A DNA stretch of 64,000 nucleotides, taken from positions 124,001-188,000 of the forward strand of contig MFPR01000001.1 of NCBI GenBank assembly GCA_001784175.1, written 5' to 3'. The stretch comes from Candidatus Lindowbacteria bacterium RIFCSPLOWO2_12_FULL_62_27 (lineage in GTDB: Bacteria > Lindowbacteria > 2-12-FULL-62-27). Of this stretch, positions 10,735 through 20,640 are shown one piece after another (position 1 is the stretch's first letter; every line of letters starts with the position of its first letter). The position numbers and the translations under genes are program-made. Below the pieces are notes generated by a model. That model saw only the letters and a list, made by a program, of their open reading frames with translations. It searched no databases and had not been told where the DNA came from.

Positions 10735-11796
10735 GTGGAAGCTGAAGACATGCAGAAACTCGCCGCGAAAACCGGACAGTCCGAAAAGGATGTCGCGCTT
10801 GCCCTCAAGGCGGCCAAGGACGACGCGGCCGAGGCCGAACGGCTCCTCGAGCCGTCCATCTTCATCGTGAAAGGCCGCTACGCCGCCAAGACCAATCGGC
10901 TCAACGGCGGCATCATCATCATCGCCGATTCGGCGCAACGGCGCATCCAAAAAGTGAAGACCATCGCCACCTATGACGCCGAATTCGCCGAATTGTCCAT
11001 GGATCCGTCCTGGGAGGACATCGAGAAGAAGGTCGTCGACGCCGAAATCAAACAGAACTTCGTGCCCGCCATCTCCCACGACCTCGCCGCCGAAATGGAG
11101 TTCTCCCTCAACGATACCATCGACGAAGTCCTGCCCCTCCTCTCCGCCGGGTCTGTCGACGAACTCGCCACGCGCATCCGCCGCATCGTCTGCACCTGCC
11201 TCGGCGATTCCGACGTCGATGTGAACTGCCTCGTCGAAAAAATTACACCGCTCGCGATGAAAATCCACGACAAGGAAATCCAGCCGGACGCGGCAGCGGA
11301 GGCCGGCGCGCCCGGCGAGCCTTCGGCGGACGCCGGGACGGGAGCCGGGGCGCCGCCCATCCTCGGCGACGAGCGGCACCTCGTCCTCAAAACCGACGTC
11401 ATCCTCTCGCCCGTCTCCGGCACGCCCGTCACCACGCTCAACGTAGGCGACTACATCCTCGTCAAAATCACCGACACGCGCCAGCAGGCCAAATACATCG
11501 CGGACCTTCTGCACGCCAAGGACGGCGACAAGATGCTGCCGGTCCGGGTTCCCATACGGAAAATTGACCGGTCCGAGTCCCAGCGCCTGGTCATCACGAC
11601 CGAATTCGGCCCCGGCGTCTACGGGCAGACCGTCGTGCAGGAGGGACTCAAAATCAAGGACGTCATGGACGGCGCGGGGGCCAAGGCCGAGAGCATCAAG
11701 CTTCCGATCCACCAGATTCTCCTCATCGTCGGGCTCGGCGGGCTCGTCCTGTTTCTCATGGGCATGGTCATCTGGTACGTGGTGGGGCTCCTGTGA
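10735..11796 (+). CDS. hypothetical protein, possible N-terminal UBA-like helical bundle, C-terminal TM anchor
   Basis: GGAG RBS, typical codon usage, stop overlaps the fliA start; N-terminus resembles an EF-Ts UBA pattern. Confidence 0.75.
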   Translation: MEAEDMQKLAAKTGQSEKDVALALKAAKDDAAEAERLLEPSIFIVKGRYAAKTNRLNGGIIIIADSAQRRIQKVKTIATYDAEFAELSMDPSWEDIEKKVVDAEIKQNFVPAISHDLAAEMEFSLNDTIDEVLPLLSAGSVDELATRIRRIVCTCLGDSDVDVNCLVEKITPLAMKIHDKEIQPDAAAEAGAPGEPSADAGTGAGAPPILGDERHLVLKTDVILSPVSGTPVTTLNVGDYILVKITDTRQQAKYIADLLHAKDGDKMLPVRVPIRKIDRSESQRLVITTEFGPGVYGQTVVQEGLKIKDVMDGAGAKAESIKLPIHQILLIVGLGGLVLFLMGMVIWYVVGLL

Positions 11797-12617
11797 CAAG
11801 ATCCTACCCGCCCCGGCGCCGGCAGCCCGCCATCGAGATGACGGAAGAGGAGGAGATGAAGCTCTGGAAAATCTACAAGAAAACCAGCGACCTCGATGCC
11901 AGGAACAAGCTCATCCTCTACTTCGCGCCCGTCGTCAAATTCGTCGCCGGACGCATGATGGTCAACATGCCGCCCAACGTCGAGTATGAAGACCTCGTCA
12001 GTTACGGAACCCTCGGCCTCATCGACGCCATCGACAAATTCGACATCACCAAGGGCATCAAGTTCAAAACGTACGCCAATCTCCGCATTCAGGGCGCCAT
12101 CCTCGATGAACTCCGCGCCTCCGACTGGATCCCCCGCTCCATCCGGAAAAAGGCGCGCGACGTCGAACGCGCCATCCAGGCCCTCGAAGCCAAGCTTGGC
12201 CGGCCCGCCACCGATGAGGAGATCGCCAAGGCTCTCGACATGTCCTTCGAGGAGTACGCCGAGCTCCTCTCCCAAATCAGCGGCACCGCCATGCTGTCCC
12301 TCAACGACGTCTGGTATATCGGCAAGGACGACGATGAAATCACGGTCGGCGACCAGGTTGAAGACACCGAATCCACCACGCCCGACCTCCAGATCGAACG
12401 GGACGAAGCCAAGTCCCTCCTGAAAGAAATGATTCTCAAATTGCCGGAACGCGAAAAACAGGTGATTTATCTGTACTATTACGAGGAATTGACCCTCAAG
12501 GAAATCGGCGAGGTCCTCAACGTCACCGAATCCCGCGTCTCGCAGATCCACACCCAGTGCATCCTGCGCCTGCGCTCCAAACTCGCAAAAGAAAGAGAAC
12601 TCTTCGGAAGCCTGTAG
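11793..12617 (+). CDS. fliA: FliA/WhiG family sigma-28 factor
   Basis: GLIDAIDKFD, RIQGAILDELRASDWIPRS, LTLKEIGEVLNVTESRVSQIH. Confidence 0.96.
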   Translation: MTRSYPPRRRQPAIEMTEEEEMKLWKIYKKTSDLDARNKLILYFAPVVKFVAGRMMVNMPPNVEYEDLVSYGTLGLIDAIDKFDITKGIKFKTYANLRIQGAILDELRASDWIPRSIRKKARDVERAIQALEAKLGRPATDEEIAKALDMSFEEYAELLSQISGTAMLSLNDVWYIGKDDDEITVGDQVEDTESTTPDLQIERDEAKSLLKEMILKLPEREKQVIYLYYYEELTLKEIGEVLNVTESRVSQIHTQCILRLRSKLAKERELFGSL

Positions 12618-12632
12618 TGGGGTTGACCGATT

Positions 12633-12706
12633 CCGCCCGTAGCTCAACTGGATAGAGCATCAGACTTCGGATCTGAGGGTTGGGGGTTCGAATCCCTCCG
12701 GGCGGG
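12633..12706 (+). tRNA. tRNA-Arg (anticodon TCG), CCA not encoded
   Basis: acceptor CCGCCCG/CGGGCGG, D-arm with TAGCTCAACTGGATAGAGC, anticodon arm TCAGA-CTTCGGA-TCTGA, T-loop GTTCGAATC. Confidence 0.95.
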
Positions 12707-12726
12707 GAAATTCAAAATTCAGACTA

Positions 12727-12754
12727 TTGACATGGCTTGAAAAAAGTGTATCAT
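12727..12754 (+). promoter_or_regulatory. sigma70-type promoter for csp
   Basis: TTGACA-16 bp-TATCAT, about 120 nt before the csp start (long 5' UTR typical of csp). Confidence 0.6.
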
Positions 12755-12875
12755 CATCGACTGTTTAGTGTGGCCCTTTCAGTCTGAGGAGGCCAAAGGA
12801 TTGCCTCGCAAGGGGTGAGCCGAGTTCGTCAGAATGCCCGCCATCGGGCGGGAAGTCAGAATGAGGTGAAAGGTT

Positions 12876-13091
12876 GTGGCTACAGGTAAGGTGAAATGGT
12901 TTGACGCCAAAAAGGGGTATGGGTTCATCGAAATGGATGACGGCGGCGGCGATATTTTTGTCCACTTTTCGAGCATCAACGGCGAAGGCTTTAAGACGCT
13001 GGAAGAGGGACAGAAGGTGACGTTTGAAGTCGGCGAAGGCAAGAAAGGCAAGCAGGCGCTGAACGTCAACAAGGCCGGAGCGGCAGCTTAA
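12876..13091 (+). CDS. csp: cold-shock protein
   Basis: [15 protein letters not shown] and DIFVHFS RNP motifs. Confidence 0.96.
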   Translation: MATGKVKWFDAKKGYGFIEMDDGGGDIFVHFSSINGEGFKTLEEGQKVTFEVGEGKKGKQALNVNKAGAAA

Positions 13092-13100
13092 GTCAGCGGC

Positions 13101-13427
13101 TTAGCAGCAACCCCATAGTTTCTGTTCCACGGCGGTTTGGAGTTCACGGAGCGTCGACGGATTCTCTACGACGATGGTAATCTTCCGGCCTCTGAACGTG
13201 TCGGGTTCACCCGGTCGGCGCACCAGCCAGACGGCGGCACCTTGGTCGATGAGTTTGTCCAGGTCGGCACGCCGGGAGCTGAGCCCGTCTACCAGGTGGA
13301 AACCCTGCCGGGTATCGCGTTTGAGCGCTTGCGCGGCGTCCAACACGTGGAACTTGTGTTTCTGGGCAAGATATCGGGCGACCATGGTCTTGCCCGAACC
13401 TTTTCGGCCAACCAGAGCAACCAGCAT
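13101..13427 (-). CDS. small P-loop protein (nucleotide-kinase-like)
   Basis: N-terminal LVALVGRKGSGKT Walker A. Confidence 0.65.
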   Translation of the reverse strand: MLVALVGRKGSGKTMVARYLAQKHKFHVLDAAQALKRDTRQGFHLVDGLSSRRADLDKLIDQGAAVWLVRRPGEPDTFRGRKITIVVENPSTLRELQTAVEQKLWGCC

Positions 13428-13486
13428 GGGCGTACCCTATCATCTGGACGGAAGGGTTGACAACGCGGCGGAGGTTTTATAGCGTC

Positions 13487-13807
13487 ATGACATACGCCAT
13501 CATTTCGGTGGGTGACAAACAATTCTGGATTTCGGAAGGAGACCGGGTTCTCGTTCCGCGGCGGCAGGAGGAAGAAGGAGCCACACTCGAGATCCAGGAG
13601 GTACTGTGGATCGGCGGCAATGGATCGATCCAGGTGGGTAAACCTTACGTTTCAGGCGCCGGCGTGACGGCGAAAGTGCGGGGCCACCTCCGGGGGCCCA
13701 AGGTTGTCACTTTCAAATTCAGGCGGCGGACCGGCATGCGGAAAACCATCGGGCACCGGCAGCCGCTGACGGAACTGGTCATAGAAAGAATACGGGGTGG
13801 GATGTAG
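13487..13807 (+). CDS. rplU: 50S ribosomal protein L21
   Basis: YAIISVGDKQF, GKPYV, GHRQPLT. Confidence 0.95.
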   Translation: MTYAIISVGDKQFWISEGDRVLVPRRQEEEGATLEIQEVLWIGGNGSIQVGKPYVSGAGVTAKVRGHLRGPKVVTFKFRRRTGMRKTIGHRQPLTELVIERIRGGM

Positions 13808-13883
13808 GGGCGCCGCGCGACGGCGCCCGTACAGGACGGGGTGGATCCTGACGGATTCGCCCGGTTGGGAGGGGGACAGCGGT

Positions 13884-14252
13884 ATGATCCGGATTGTTCG
13901 GGAAACCGGCCCGAAGGGATTTGTATCCATCCGCGCATTGGGCCACGCGGATTTTGGAAGCCGGGGAAAGGACGTTGTGTGTGCGGCGGCCTCGGCGCTC
14001 CTGCAGGCATGGCTCAGGAACATGATCGAAATTTTGGGCGATCGGTTGCATGTGGAACTGGACCGGAGAGCCGGCCGCATGGTGTTTGTGGCGCCTCCGG
14101 AGGTGGAAGACCCCGTGCGGGAGGAGGTCGAACGGCTCTGCCGGTATTTTTATCCTTCAATCCTCCAGCTCGCGGAGCAGTACCCTGAGAATATTCTGGT
14201 TTCAGAAATCGATTCTTCCGGGGTGCAAGTTCAGGACGTGGTAAGACAATAA
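13884..14252 (+). CDS. prp: ribosomal-processing cysteine protease Prp (YsxB)
   Basis: GHA...GKDVVCAAAS catalytic His/Cys and QYPENI; canonical position between rplU and rpmA. Confidence 0.88.
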   Translation: MIRIVRETGPKGFVSIRALGHADFGSRGKDVVCAAASALLQAWLRNMIEILGDRLHVELDRRAGRMVFVAPPEVEDPVREEVERLCRYFYPSILQLAEQYPENILVSEIDSSGVQVQDVVRQ

Positions 14253-14296
14253 GGGCGGCGGCAACGCCGCCCGCGCCGGCATCGAGGTGATTCACG

Positions 14297-14578
14297 ATGG
14301 CGCACAAAAAAGGACAGGGATCGACAAAAAACGGGCGCGACAGCCAGTCCAAGCGGCTGGGGGTCAAGCGCACGCATGGCGCCTTGGTCAGCGCCGGCAG
14401 CATTATCGTCCGGCAGCGCGGCACGGCCTTCCGGCCGGGGCTCAACGTCGGCGTCGGCAGGGACGACACGCTCTTCGCGAAAATTCCCGGCTACGTTTCG
14501 TTTATCTCAAGGCTCGGCCGGAAGTTCGTCAGCATCCAACCTGCAGCCGCACCGGCCGCGGCCGCGGCCGCCGCCTGA
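14297..14578 (+). CDS. rpmA: 50S ribosomal protein L27
   Basis: [35 protein letters not shown]. Confidence 0.98.
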   Translation: MAHKKGQGSTKNGRDSQSKRLGVKRTHGALVSAGSIIVRQRGTAFRPGLNVGVGRDDTLFAKIPGYVSFISRLGRKFVSIQPAAAPAAAAAAA

Positions 14579-14606
14579 AGACGCTTCGCGTTCACGTGCC
14601 ATTCCC

Positions 14607-15860
14607 ATGTTTGTCGATGAGTGCGTGGTTCGTCTGCGGGCGGGGCGCGGGGGCAACGGGTGTGTCTCCTTCCATCGTGAAAAATATGTCCCGAGGGGCG
14701 GCCCGGACGGAGGCGACGGCGGCAACGGAGGCAGCATTTTCCTGGAGGCCGACCGCAATCTAGCCACGCTCCAGGACCTGTCCGTTCATCCCACCTTTCA
14801 CGCCGATGACGGCAAGAACGGCGGCAGCAACAGAAAAAACGGACGCGCCGCAAAGGACCTGACCATTCGCGTCCCGGTCGGTACCGAGATTTTCCTGGAG
14901 CCGCAGGGTTCCGGCGCGAACGGCCCGAATCTCATCGCCGATCTGGTATCGCACGGCGAACGGCTTCCCGTCGCGCGCGGCGGGCGCGGCGGTGGAGGAA
15001 ACGCGCGGTTCGCATCTGCGAAAAATCGCCTCCCCCGGTTCGCACTCCATGGCGCGCCGGGTCGCGCGTTGCGCATCCGGCTTTCGCTCAAACTCCTCTC
15101 CGATCTGGCCATCGTCGGACTTCCCAACTGCGGCAAGTCCACGCTCCTGGCCGCGCTGACCGCCGCGCGGCCCAAAATCGCCGATTATCCGTTCACCACG
15201 CTGACGCCCAATCTCGGCGCCCTGCGTTCGGAAGACGGCACATCGATCGTCCTCGCCGACATTCCGGGGCTGATCGAAGGGGCCCACAAAGGCCGCGGGC
15301 TCGGAAACCGGTTTCTCAAGCACATCGAGCGGGCGCGGGCGCTCGTCGTCCTGCTCGACGCGTCGAGCGACCCGGACGCCGATTTCCGGCTGATCCGGGA
15401 CGAGATCCTTCGCTTTAATCCTGGCATCTGGCGGCGTCCGATGATCGTGGCCGTCAACAAAATCGATCTCGTCCGCCGGCCGCCGCTGAAAAAATGGAAG
15501 GAGCGCCTGGCGACGGATGTGTACGCAATCAGCGCGTTGAAAAATATTCGAATCGATGCCCTCCTCAAAGGCATCGAGTCGCTCATCCTCCAGGCGGACG
15601 CGCCGAAGGATCGGCCGGTCACAGTCGTCCTCGGCGACCCGGCGCCCCGCATTGTTCAGGACGGCGACGCCTTCGCAATTCTCTCCGCGGAATGGGAGGA
15701 GCTTGCGTCGATGCTGCCCGCGGGACAGAGCGACGCGATGTTGTGGTTCCAGTCGAAACTGCGGTCCAGCGGCGTCCTGCGGCGGCTGGTGGAGGCCGGA
15801 TGTACCGCGGGTGGCCGCGTCATCGTGGGGCCGGTGGAGTTTGTCTATGAAGGAGCTTGA
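14607..15860 (+). CDS. obgE: GTPase ObgE/CgtA
   Basis: MFVDE, GGPDGGDGG, GLPNCGKST, YPFTTL, DIPGLIEGA, NKID. Confidence 0.97.
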   Translation: MFVDECVVRLRAGRGGNGCVSFHREKYVPRGGPDGGDGGNGGSIFLEADRNLATLQDLSVHPTFHADDGKNGGSNRKNGRAAKDLTIRVPVGTEIFLEPQGSGANGPNLIADLVSHGERLPVARGGRGGGGNARFASAKNRLPRFALHGAPGRALRIRLSLKLLSDLAIVGLPNCGKSTLLAALTAARPKIADYPFTTLTPNLGALRSEDGTSIVLADIPGLIEGAHKGRGLGNRFLKHIERARALVVLLDASSDPDADFRLIRDEILRFNPGIWRRPMIVAVNKIDLVRRPPLKKWKERLATDVYAISALKNIRIDALLKGIESLILQADAPKDRPVTVVLGDPAPRIVQDGDAFAILSAEWEELASMLPAGQSDAMLWFQSKLRSSGVLRRLVEAGCTAGGRVIVGPVEFVYEGA

Positions 15861-17013
15861 CCGGGCGGACTTTTCCACGGCGCGGCGGGTGGTCATCAAG
15901 GTCGGCACGTCGCTCCTGCGCGGCGCCGACCACGCCGTCGACAGGGGATTTCTGAAAAACATCGCCGCCCAGATCGCCGAGACTCGGAGCCTTCCGGATC
16001 GCCGGCAGATCATCCTCGTGTCCTCCGGCGCGGTCGGCTTCGGCATGATGCGCCTCGGCCTTTCCCGCCGCCCGGCCGATGTCGCGACCCTGCAGGCCGC
16101 CGCCGCCGTCGGCCAGCCTGAGCTGATGAAGGCGTGGGCCGACGCGTTCGCGCCGCACAGCGTCCGCGTCTCGCAGATCCTCCTCACCAACGACGGGCTC
16201 CAGGACCGGGCGCGGTTCGTCAATGCCAAGCACGCGATCCGACGCATCCTCGACCTCAATGTGGTTCCCGTCGTCAACGAAAATGACACCGTTGCCGTCG
16301 ACGAGCTGACCTTCGGAGACAACGACACGCTCTCGGCCCTGGTCGCCGCCATGGTCGACGCAGATCTCCTCATCAACCTCACCAACGTCGATGGATTCTT
16401 CGCGCCTTCCGACGGCGGCGGCCGGACGCTCCTGAAGACCGTCCCGGTCATCCGGCCCGAATGGATCACCGCCACCCAGGCCGGCGAGCGGAGCGAGCGC
16501 GGCAGAAGAGGCGGCTTTACGCTTGGCGGAATGTCCGCCAAATTGAAAGCCGCGCGCCTGGCGCTCCGCGCCGGCATCCCGGTCGTCATCGCCAATGGCC
16601 GGGAGAAAAAAATCCTCGCAGCGGTCCTTTCGGGCAGGCCCGCAGGGACGCTCTTCCTCCCGCAGGAACGCGGCTTGAAGGGCAAGAAAGTCTGGCTGTC
16701 GCTCTTCCGCGCGCCCGCCGGGACCATCGTGGTCGACCGCGGAGCGGCGGCGGCCGTCGGCAGAAACGGCAAGAGCCTTCTGGCCAGCGGGATTCTGCGT
16801 GCGACCGGGCAATTCTCCAGACAGGACTGTGTTTCGATCGTGTCCGAGGACGGCCGCGAAATCGCACGCGGCATCAGCGCCTATTCGTCCGGGGAAATCC
16901 AAACCATCGCCGGGTGTCCTTCAACGGACATCCGCAGGCGGCTCGGAATCGCGCCGGCCGACGCTGCGCCCGCCGAGGTCATCCACCGCGATAATATGGC
17001 GCTCCTGCCATGA
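15847..17013 (+). CDS. proB: glutamate 5-kinase
   Basis: VIKVGTS, VSSGAV, NENDTV, GDND, GGMSAK, C-terminal PUA domain. Confidence 0.96.
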   Translation: MKELDRADFSTARRVVIKVGTSLLRGADHAVDRGFLKNIAAQIAETRSLPDRRQIILVSSGAVGFGMMRLGLSRRPADVATLQAAAAVGQPELMKAWADAFAPHSVRVSQILLTNDGLQDRARFVNAKHAIRRILDLNVVPVVNENDTVAVDELTFGDNDTLSALVAAMVDADLLINLTNVDGFFAPSDGGGRTLLKTVPVIRPEWITATQAGERSERGRRGGFTLGGMSAKLKAARLALRAGIPVVIANGREKKILAAVLSGRPAGTLFLPQERGLKGKKVWLSLFRAPAGTIVVDRGAAAAVGRNGKSLLASGILRATGQFSRQDCVSIVSEDGREIARGISAYSSGEIQTIAGCPSTDIRRRLGIAPADAAPAEVIHRDNMALLP

Positions 17014-17036
17014 AGTAAGGTATGAGGGAGGTGACC

Positions 17037-18308
17037 ATGAGTACGGACGTCCAAAAACTTCTGGCGCGAATTCGAAGGGCCAAGACCGCCCAGATTGATC
17101 TCGGCGGGGTGGGCAAGGACGCGCGCGACGCGCGCACGCGTGTCATCCGGCGCGCGGCCCGTGTCCTCCGCGCCGGCGGCGCGCGCATCCTGGCCGAAAA
17201 CAAAAAAGATGCGGCGTCGGGCGCGCAATCCAGCGCGTTTCGCGACCGCCTGATGTTGAATGCGGACCGGCTGAAAAAAATGATCAAGGGCGTCGAGTCC
17301 GTGGCCGCGCAGCCGGACCCTGTCGGCCACGTCGTTGTGTCCCGGCGGCGGCCCAACGGCCTCCGGGTCGACAAAGTCCGCGTCCCGCTCGGGGTCGTGG
17401 CGGTCGTCTACGAGTCCCGGCCGAATGTCACGGCCGACGCCGCCGCGCTGGCGATCCGGTCCGGCAACGCGATCGTTCTCCGCACCGGCCGCGAAGCCAT
17501 CCGGACCAGCCGCGCGATCGCCGCGTGTTTTCGTCAGGCCCTGCGGGCCGAAGGCTTTGATCCCGAGTGCGTCCTGTTCGTGGACTCGCCCGACCGGCGG
17601 CTCGTGAGGGCGATCCTGGGCGCAGAGGGTCTGGTGGACGTGGCCATCCCCAGAGGCGGCCCGGGCCTGATCCAGGAAGTTGTGCGATCCGCAAAAATTC
17701 CCGTCATCAAGCATTACCTCGGCGTCTGCCACACGTACGTGGACGCGAGGGCCAATCTCGCGATGGCGCAGAAGATCTGTTACAACGCCAAGGTTCAGCG
17801 CCCGGGCGTCTGCAACGCCATGGAAACGCTCCTGGTCCATTCCGCCGTCGCTCCGCGCTTTCTCACGCCGCTGTGCAGATCCTACGAATTGGCCGGCGTT
17901 GAGATTCGCGCCTGCCCGAAAACCCTGAAAATTCTCAGAAAGATGCAGGTCGTGTGCCGCCCGGCGGCCGATGGCGATTTCGGCGCCGAGTTCTCCGATC
18001 TCATCCTCGCCATCCGCGTCGTCGATTCGCTCGACGACGCCATCGACCACATCAACACCTGCGGCAGCCACCACACCGATTCGATCGTCTCGGCCGACCG
18101 CGCCGCCACACGAAGATTCCTGGACCGCGTCGACTCCGCCACGCTCTTCGTCAATGCCTCCACCCGTCTCTCCGACGGCGGGGAGTTCGGGCTCGGCGCC
18201 GAGGTCGGCATCAGCACCGACAAGCTTCACGCGCGCGGGCCCATGGGCGCCGAGGACCTGACCACCACCAAGTACATCGGCTACGGCGACGGCCAGATCC
18301 GCGGATGA
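17037..18308 (+). CDS. proA: gamma-glutamyl phosphate reductase
   Basis: YESRPNVT, PRGG, CNAMETLL, NASTR, ISTDKLHARGPMG. Confidence 0.97.
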   Translation: MSTDVQKLLARIRRAKTAQIDLGGVGKDARDARTRVIRRAARVLRAGGARILAENKKDAASGAQSSAFRDRLMLNADRLKKMIKGVESVAAQPDPVGHVVVSRRRPNGLRVDKVRVPLGVVAVVYESRPNVTADAAALAIRSGNAIVLRTGREAIRTSRAIAACFRQALRAEGFDPECVLFVDSPDRRLVRAILGAEGLVDVAIPRGGPGLIQEVVRSAKIPVIKHYLGVCHTYVDARANLAMAQKICYNAKVQRPGVCNAMETLLVHSAVAPRFLTPLCRSYELAGVEIRACPKTLKILRKMQVVCRPAADGDFGAEFSDLILAIRVVDSLDDAIDHINTCGSHHTDSIVSADRAATRRFLDRVDSATLFVNASTRLSDGGEFGLGAEVGISTDKLHARGPMGAEDLTTTKYIGYGDGQIRG

Positions 18309-18895
18309 GGATCGGCGTATTCGGCGGTTCCTTTGATCCCGTCCATATCGGCCACCTCGTCGCTGCCGAGTACGTTCGTGAAGCCTTTCAACTGGACCGC
18401 GTACTCTTCGTGCCCGCCGCAAGGCCGCCGCACAAGGAAAATTCGCCGAAGGCGACGCCCGGCCAGAGGCTGAAAATGCTCGAGGCGGCCGTGCAGTCCC
18501 ACCTCCAGTTTGCGGTGTCCGACATCGAAATTCGCCGCGAAGGCCCCTCCTACACGGTGGACACACTGAGGGAACTGGCGCGGTCCCATCAAGGCGCAAA
18601 ATTGTACTTCATCCTCGGCACCGATCTTTTGCCCGACATTCAAAATTGGCACGACTGGCGCGTGGCCCTCGAGATCGCCACCTTCGTGGGCGTCTTGAGA
18701 TCCGCGGATCCGGGCCGGAAGCCCCCCCCGGAAATCCGGGATGCAGTCAAACAGGTCGCCATCCCGGCCATCGATGTTTCCTCCAGCCTGATCCGAACGC
18801 GCGTGGCCGAAGGCAAGAGCATCCGGTACCTCGTGCCGGCGCCCGTCGCGGACCTGATCGAGCAGGAGCGGCTGTATCGGCTTGCCGATGCCTGA
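18305..18895 (+). CDS. nadD: nicotinate-nucleotide adenylyltransferase
   Basis: GGSFDPVHIGH, SYTVDTL, VSSSLIR. Confidence 0.96.
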   Translation: MRIGVFGGSFDPVHIGHLVAAEYVREAFQLDRVLFVPAARPPHKENSPKATPGQRLKMLEAAVQSHLQFAVSDIEIRREGPSYTVDTLRELARSHQGAKLYFILGTDLLPDIQNWHDWRVALEIATFVGVLRSADPGRKPPPEIRDAVKQVAIPAIDVSSSLIRTRVAEGKSIRYLVPAPVADLIEQERLYRLADA

Positions 18896-19460
18896 CCGCA
18901 AGTCCGTCGAGGTCGCCCTGAGGGACCGCATGCCCTCCAGGCTCTTCGATCACAGCCGTCAGGTCGCGAAGTACGCGGCGCATCTCGCGGAACTGCACGG
19001 CGTGGATCCGGACTGGATCTACATCGCAGGCCTCTATCACGATCTCGGTAAAACAATGGATGTCGACGCCATGCGCGGCGCAGCCGAATCAGAACGGATT
19101 GCGTTTGATGATATGGAAGCCAGGTCCGCGTCACTCTTGCACGCCGCCGCGTCCGCCGCGCTTTTCCAGAAAGACATGAAACCTCCCGATTCGTTCGTCA
19201 AGGCCGTCCGCGGGCACACCGTCGGCGCGGCGCCGTTCGGGCCCGAAGAGCAGATCCTCTATGTCGCCGACTTCGCCGAACCCGGCCGGTCCTACGAGGA
19301 ATGCGAGTCCGTGCGCCGAACGGCCGAACGGGACCTTCACCTGGCGACACTCGAGGCCGTCGCATTCAAGATGCGATTCCTCATGCTCCGCAACAAAACC
19401 ATCCACGCCCGCTCGCTCGCGCTCTATAATTTTCTGCTCGAACGTCCCGGCAGAGGATGA
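18888..19460 (+). CDS. yqeK: HD-domain Ap4A hydrolase YqeK
   Basis: HS, AGLYHD, LLH, HT and ADFAEPGR motifs; follows nadD. Confidence 0.88.
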   Translation: MPDRKSVEVALRDRMPSRLFDHSRQVAKYAAHLAELHGVDPDWIYIAGLYHDLGKTMDVDAMRGAAESERIAFDDMEARSASLLHAAASAALFQKDMKPPDSFVKAVRGHTVGAAPFGPEEQILYVADFAEPGRSYEECESVRRTAERDLHLATLEAVAFKMRFLMLRNKTIHARSLALYNFLLERPGRG

Positions 19461-19470
19461 CGGAGGGCCG

Positions 19471-20640
19471 GTGAAACGCTGGTTCAGGGTCATGCCCCTT
19501 CTGGTCGCCGTCGCCATGGCCTGGTGGATCTATTACCGCTGCGCGGACCCCCGGGCCCTCCTGGACATCGGCACGACGATCGACCAGGGCCGCCGGGTCA
19601 ACGTCTTGATTTTGTCGCCCGGCGCCGAGGAGAGACTCGAAGCGGCCGTGATGATCTCCTACGAGCCCCTCTCCAAGCGCGCCGTCGTCTTTCATGTGCC
19701 CACAGCCTTGTGTCTCGACGGCACCGCCGAGGACTCCGCTTCGGCTCGCAGGGACAACCTGCCGGTCACGCTCGAGTCGGCCTACGCGCGGGTGAGCATC
19801 GCGGAACTCGAGGACCGGGTCCGCCGGTTTTTCGGCCTCGACCTGTCGTTCACGGCCATCCTGCCGGCAAACAGATTTTATCGCCTCGTCGACCTCATGG
19901 GCGGCATCTGGGTCAATGTTCCCTCGCGGATCAGTTTCAGAAGCACCACCGTGCGGCCGCTCGAACCGGTCGCGGAATGGATGGAAATCCCTGAAGGAGA
20001 AGAGGTGTTTTTTGATTCCGACAAATCCCGAATGTATCTCGCCTACCGCTACGATGGACTCGGCCTCAAGGGACAACTGTTCCGCGCCCGGCGTGTTGCA
20101 ATCGCATTTCTGCAGCGCCTGAAGCCTCATCTGGAGGAGACCTGGTTCCGCCGCGAACTCGTCGCCGGCTTCTCCAACGCGCCCGCCGAATCGGTCTTGG
20201 AATGGGCCCGCGCGGTCTCGGCGACGCCGCTGGCCTCCATCGACGTCCAGACCATGCCCGGTCAGACCGACCTCAATTCCGGCGTCTTCTGGCTCTCCCC
20301 CGCCGCCCTCAAGCAGGCGCTGCCCCGGGAGCTGAAACCGCTCATCCAGGCCGGCCTGCCCCAGTCCCGCATCGTCGTCCAGATCCTCAACGGATCCGGC
20401 GCGCCCAACATCGCGGCGAAACTGCGGGAACTGCTCACGGCCCATCCCGACATCGACGTCGTGGAAATCGGAAACGCCGCGCGCCAGGACCACGAAACAA
20501 CACAGATCATCGACCGCAGCGGCCACCTCCGGTCGGCCGAACGCATCCGCGACCTCCTCGGCGCCGGCGCCCTCCGCCAGGACCTCGACCCCAAGGCCCT
20601 CCTCGACGTCACGGTCGTCATCGGCAGGGATTACCGCTGA
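19471..20640 (+). CDS. LCP-family protein with LytR C-terminal domain
   Basis: N-terminal TM, LVDLMGGIWV, VQILNGSG...A and VTVVIGRD. Confidence 0.8.
   Translation: MKRWFRVMPLLVAVAMAWWIYYRCADPRALLDIGTTIDQGRRVNVLILSPGAEERLEAAVMISYEPLSKRAVVFHVPTALCLDGTAEDSASARRDNLPVTLESAYARVSIAELEDRVRRFFGLDLSFTAILPANRFYRLVDLMGGIWVNVPSRISFRSTTVRPLEPVAEWMEIPEGEEVFFDSDKSRMYLAYRYDGLGLKGQLFRARRVAIAFLQRLKPHLEETWFRRELVAGFSNAPAESVLEWARAVSATPLASIDVQTMPGQTDLNSGVFWLSPAALKQALPRELKPLIQAGLPQSRIVVQILNGSGAPNIAAKLRELLTAHPDIDVVEIGNAARQDHETTQIIDRSGHLRSAERIRDLLGAGALRQDLDPKALLDVTVVIGRDYR

Noticed and set aside
14287-14296. Possible N-terminal extension of L27
   Set aside because: An in-frame TGA at 14288 precludes it; the GTG at 14287 is in another frame.
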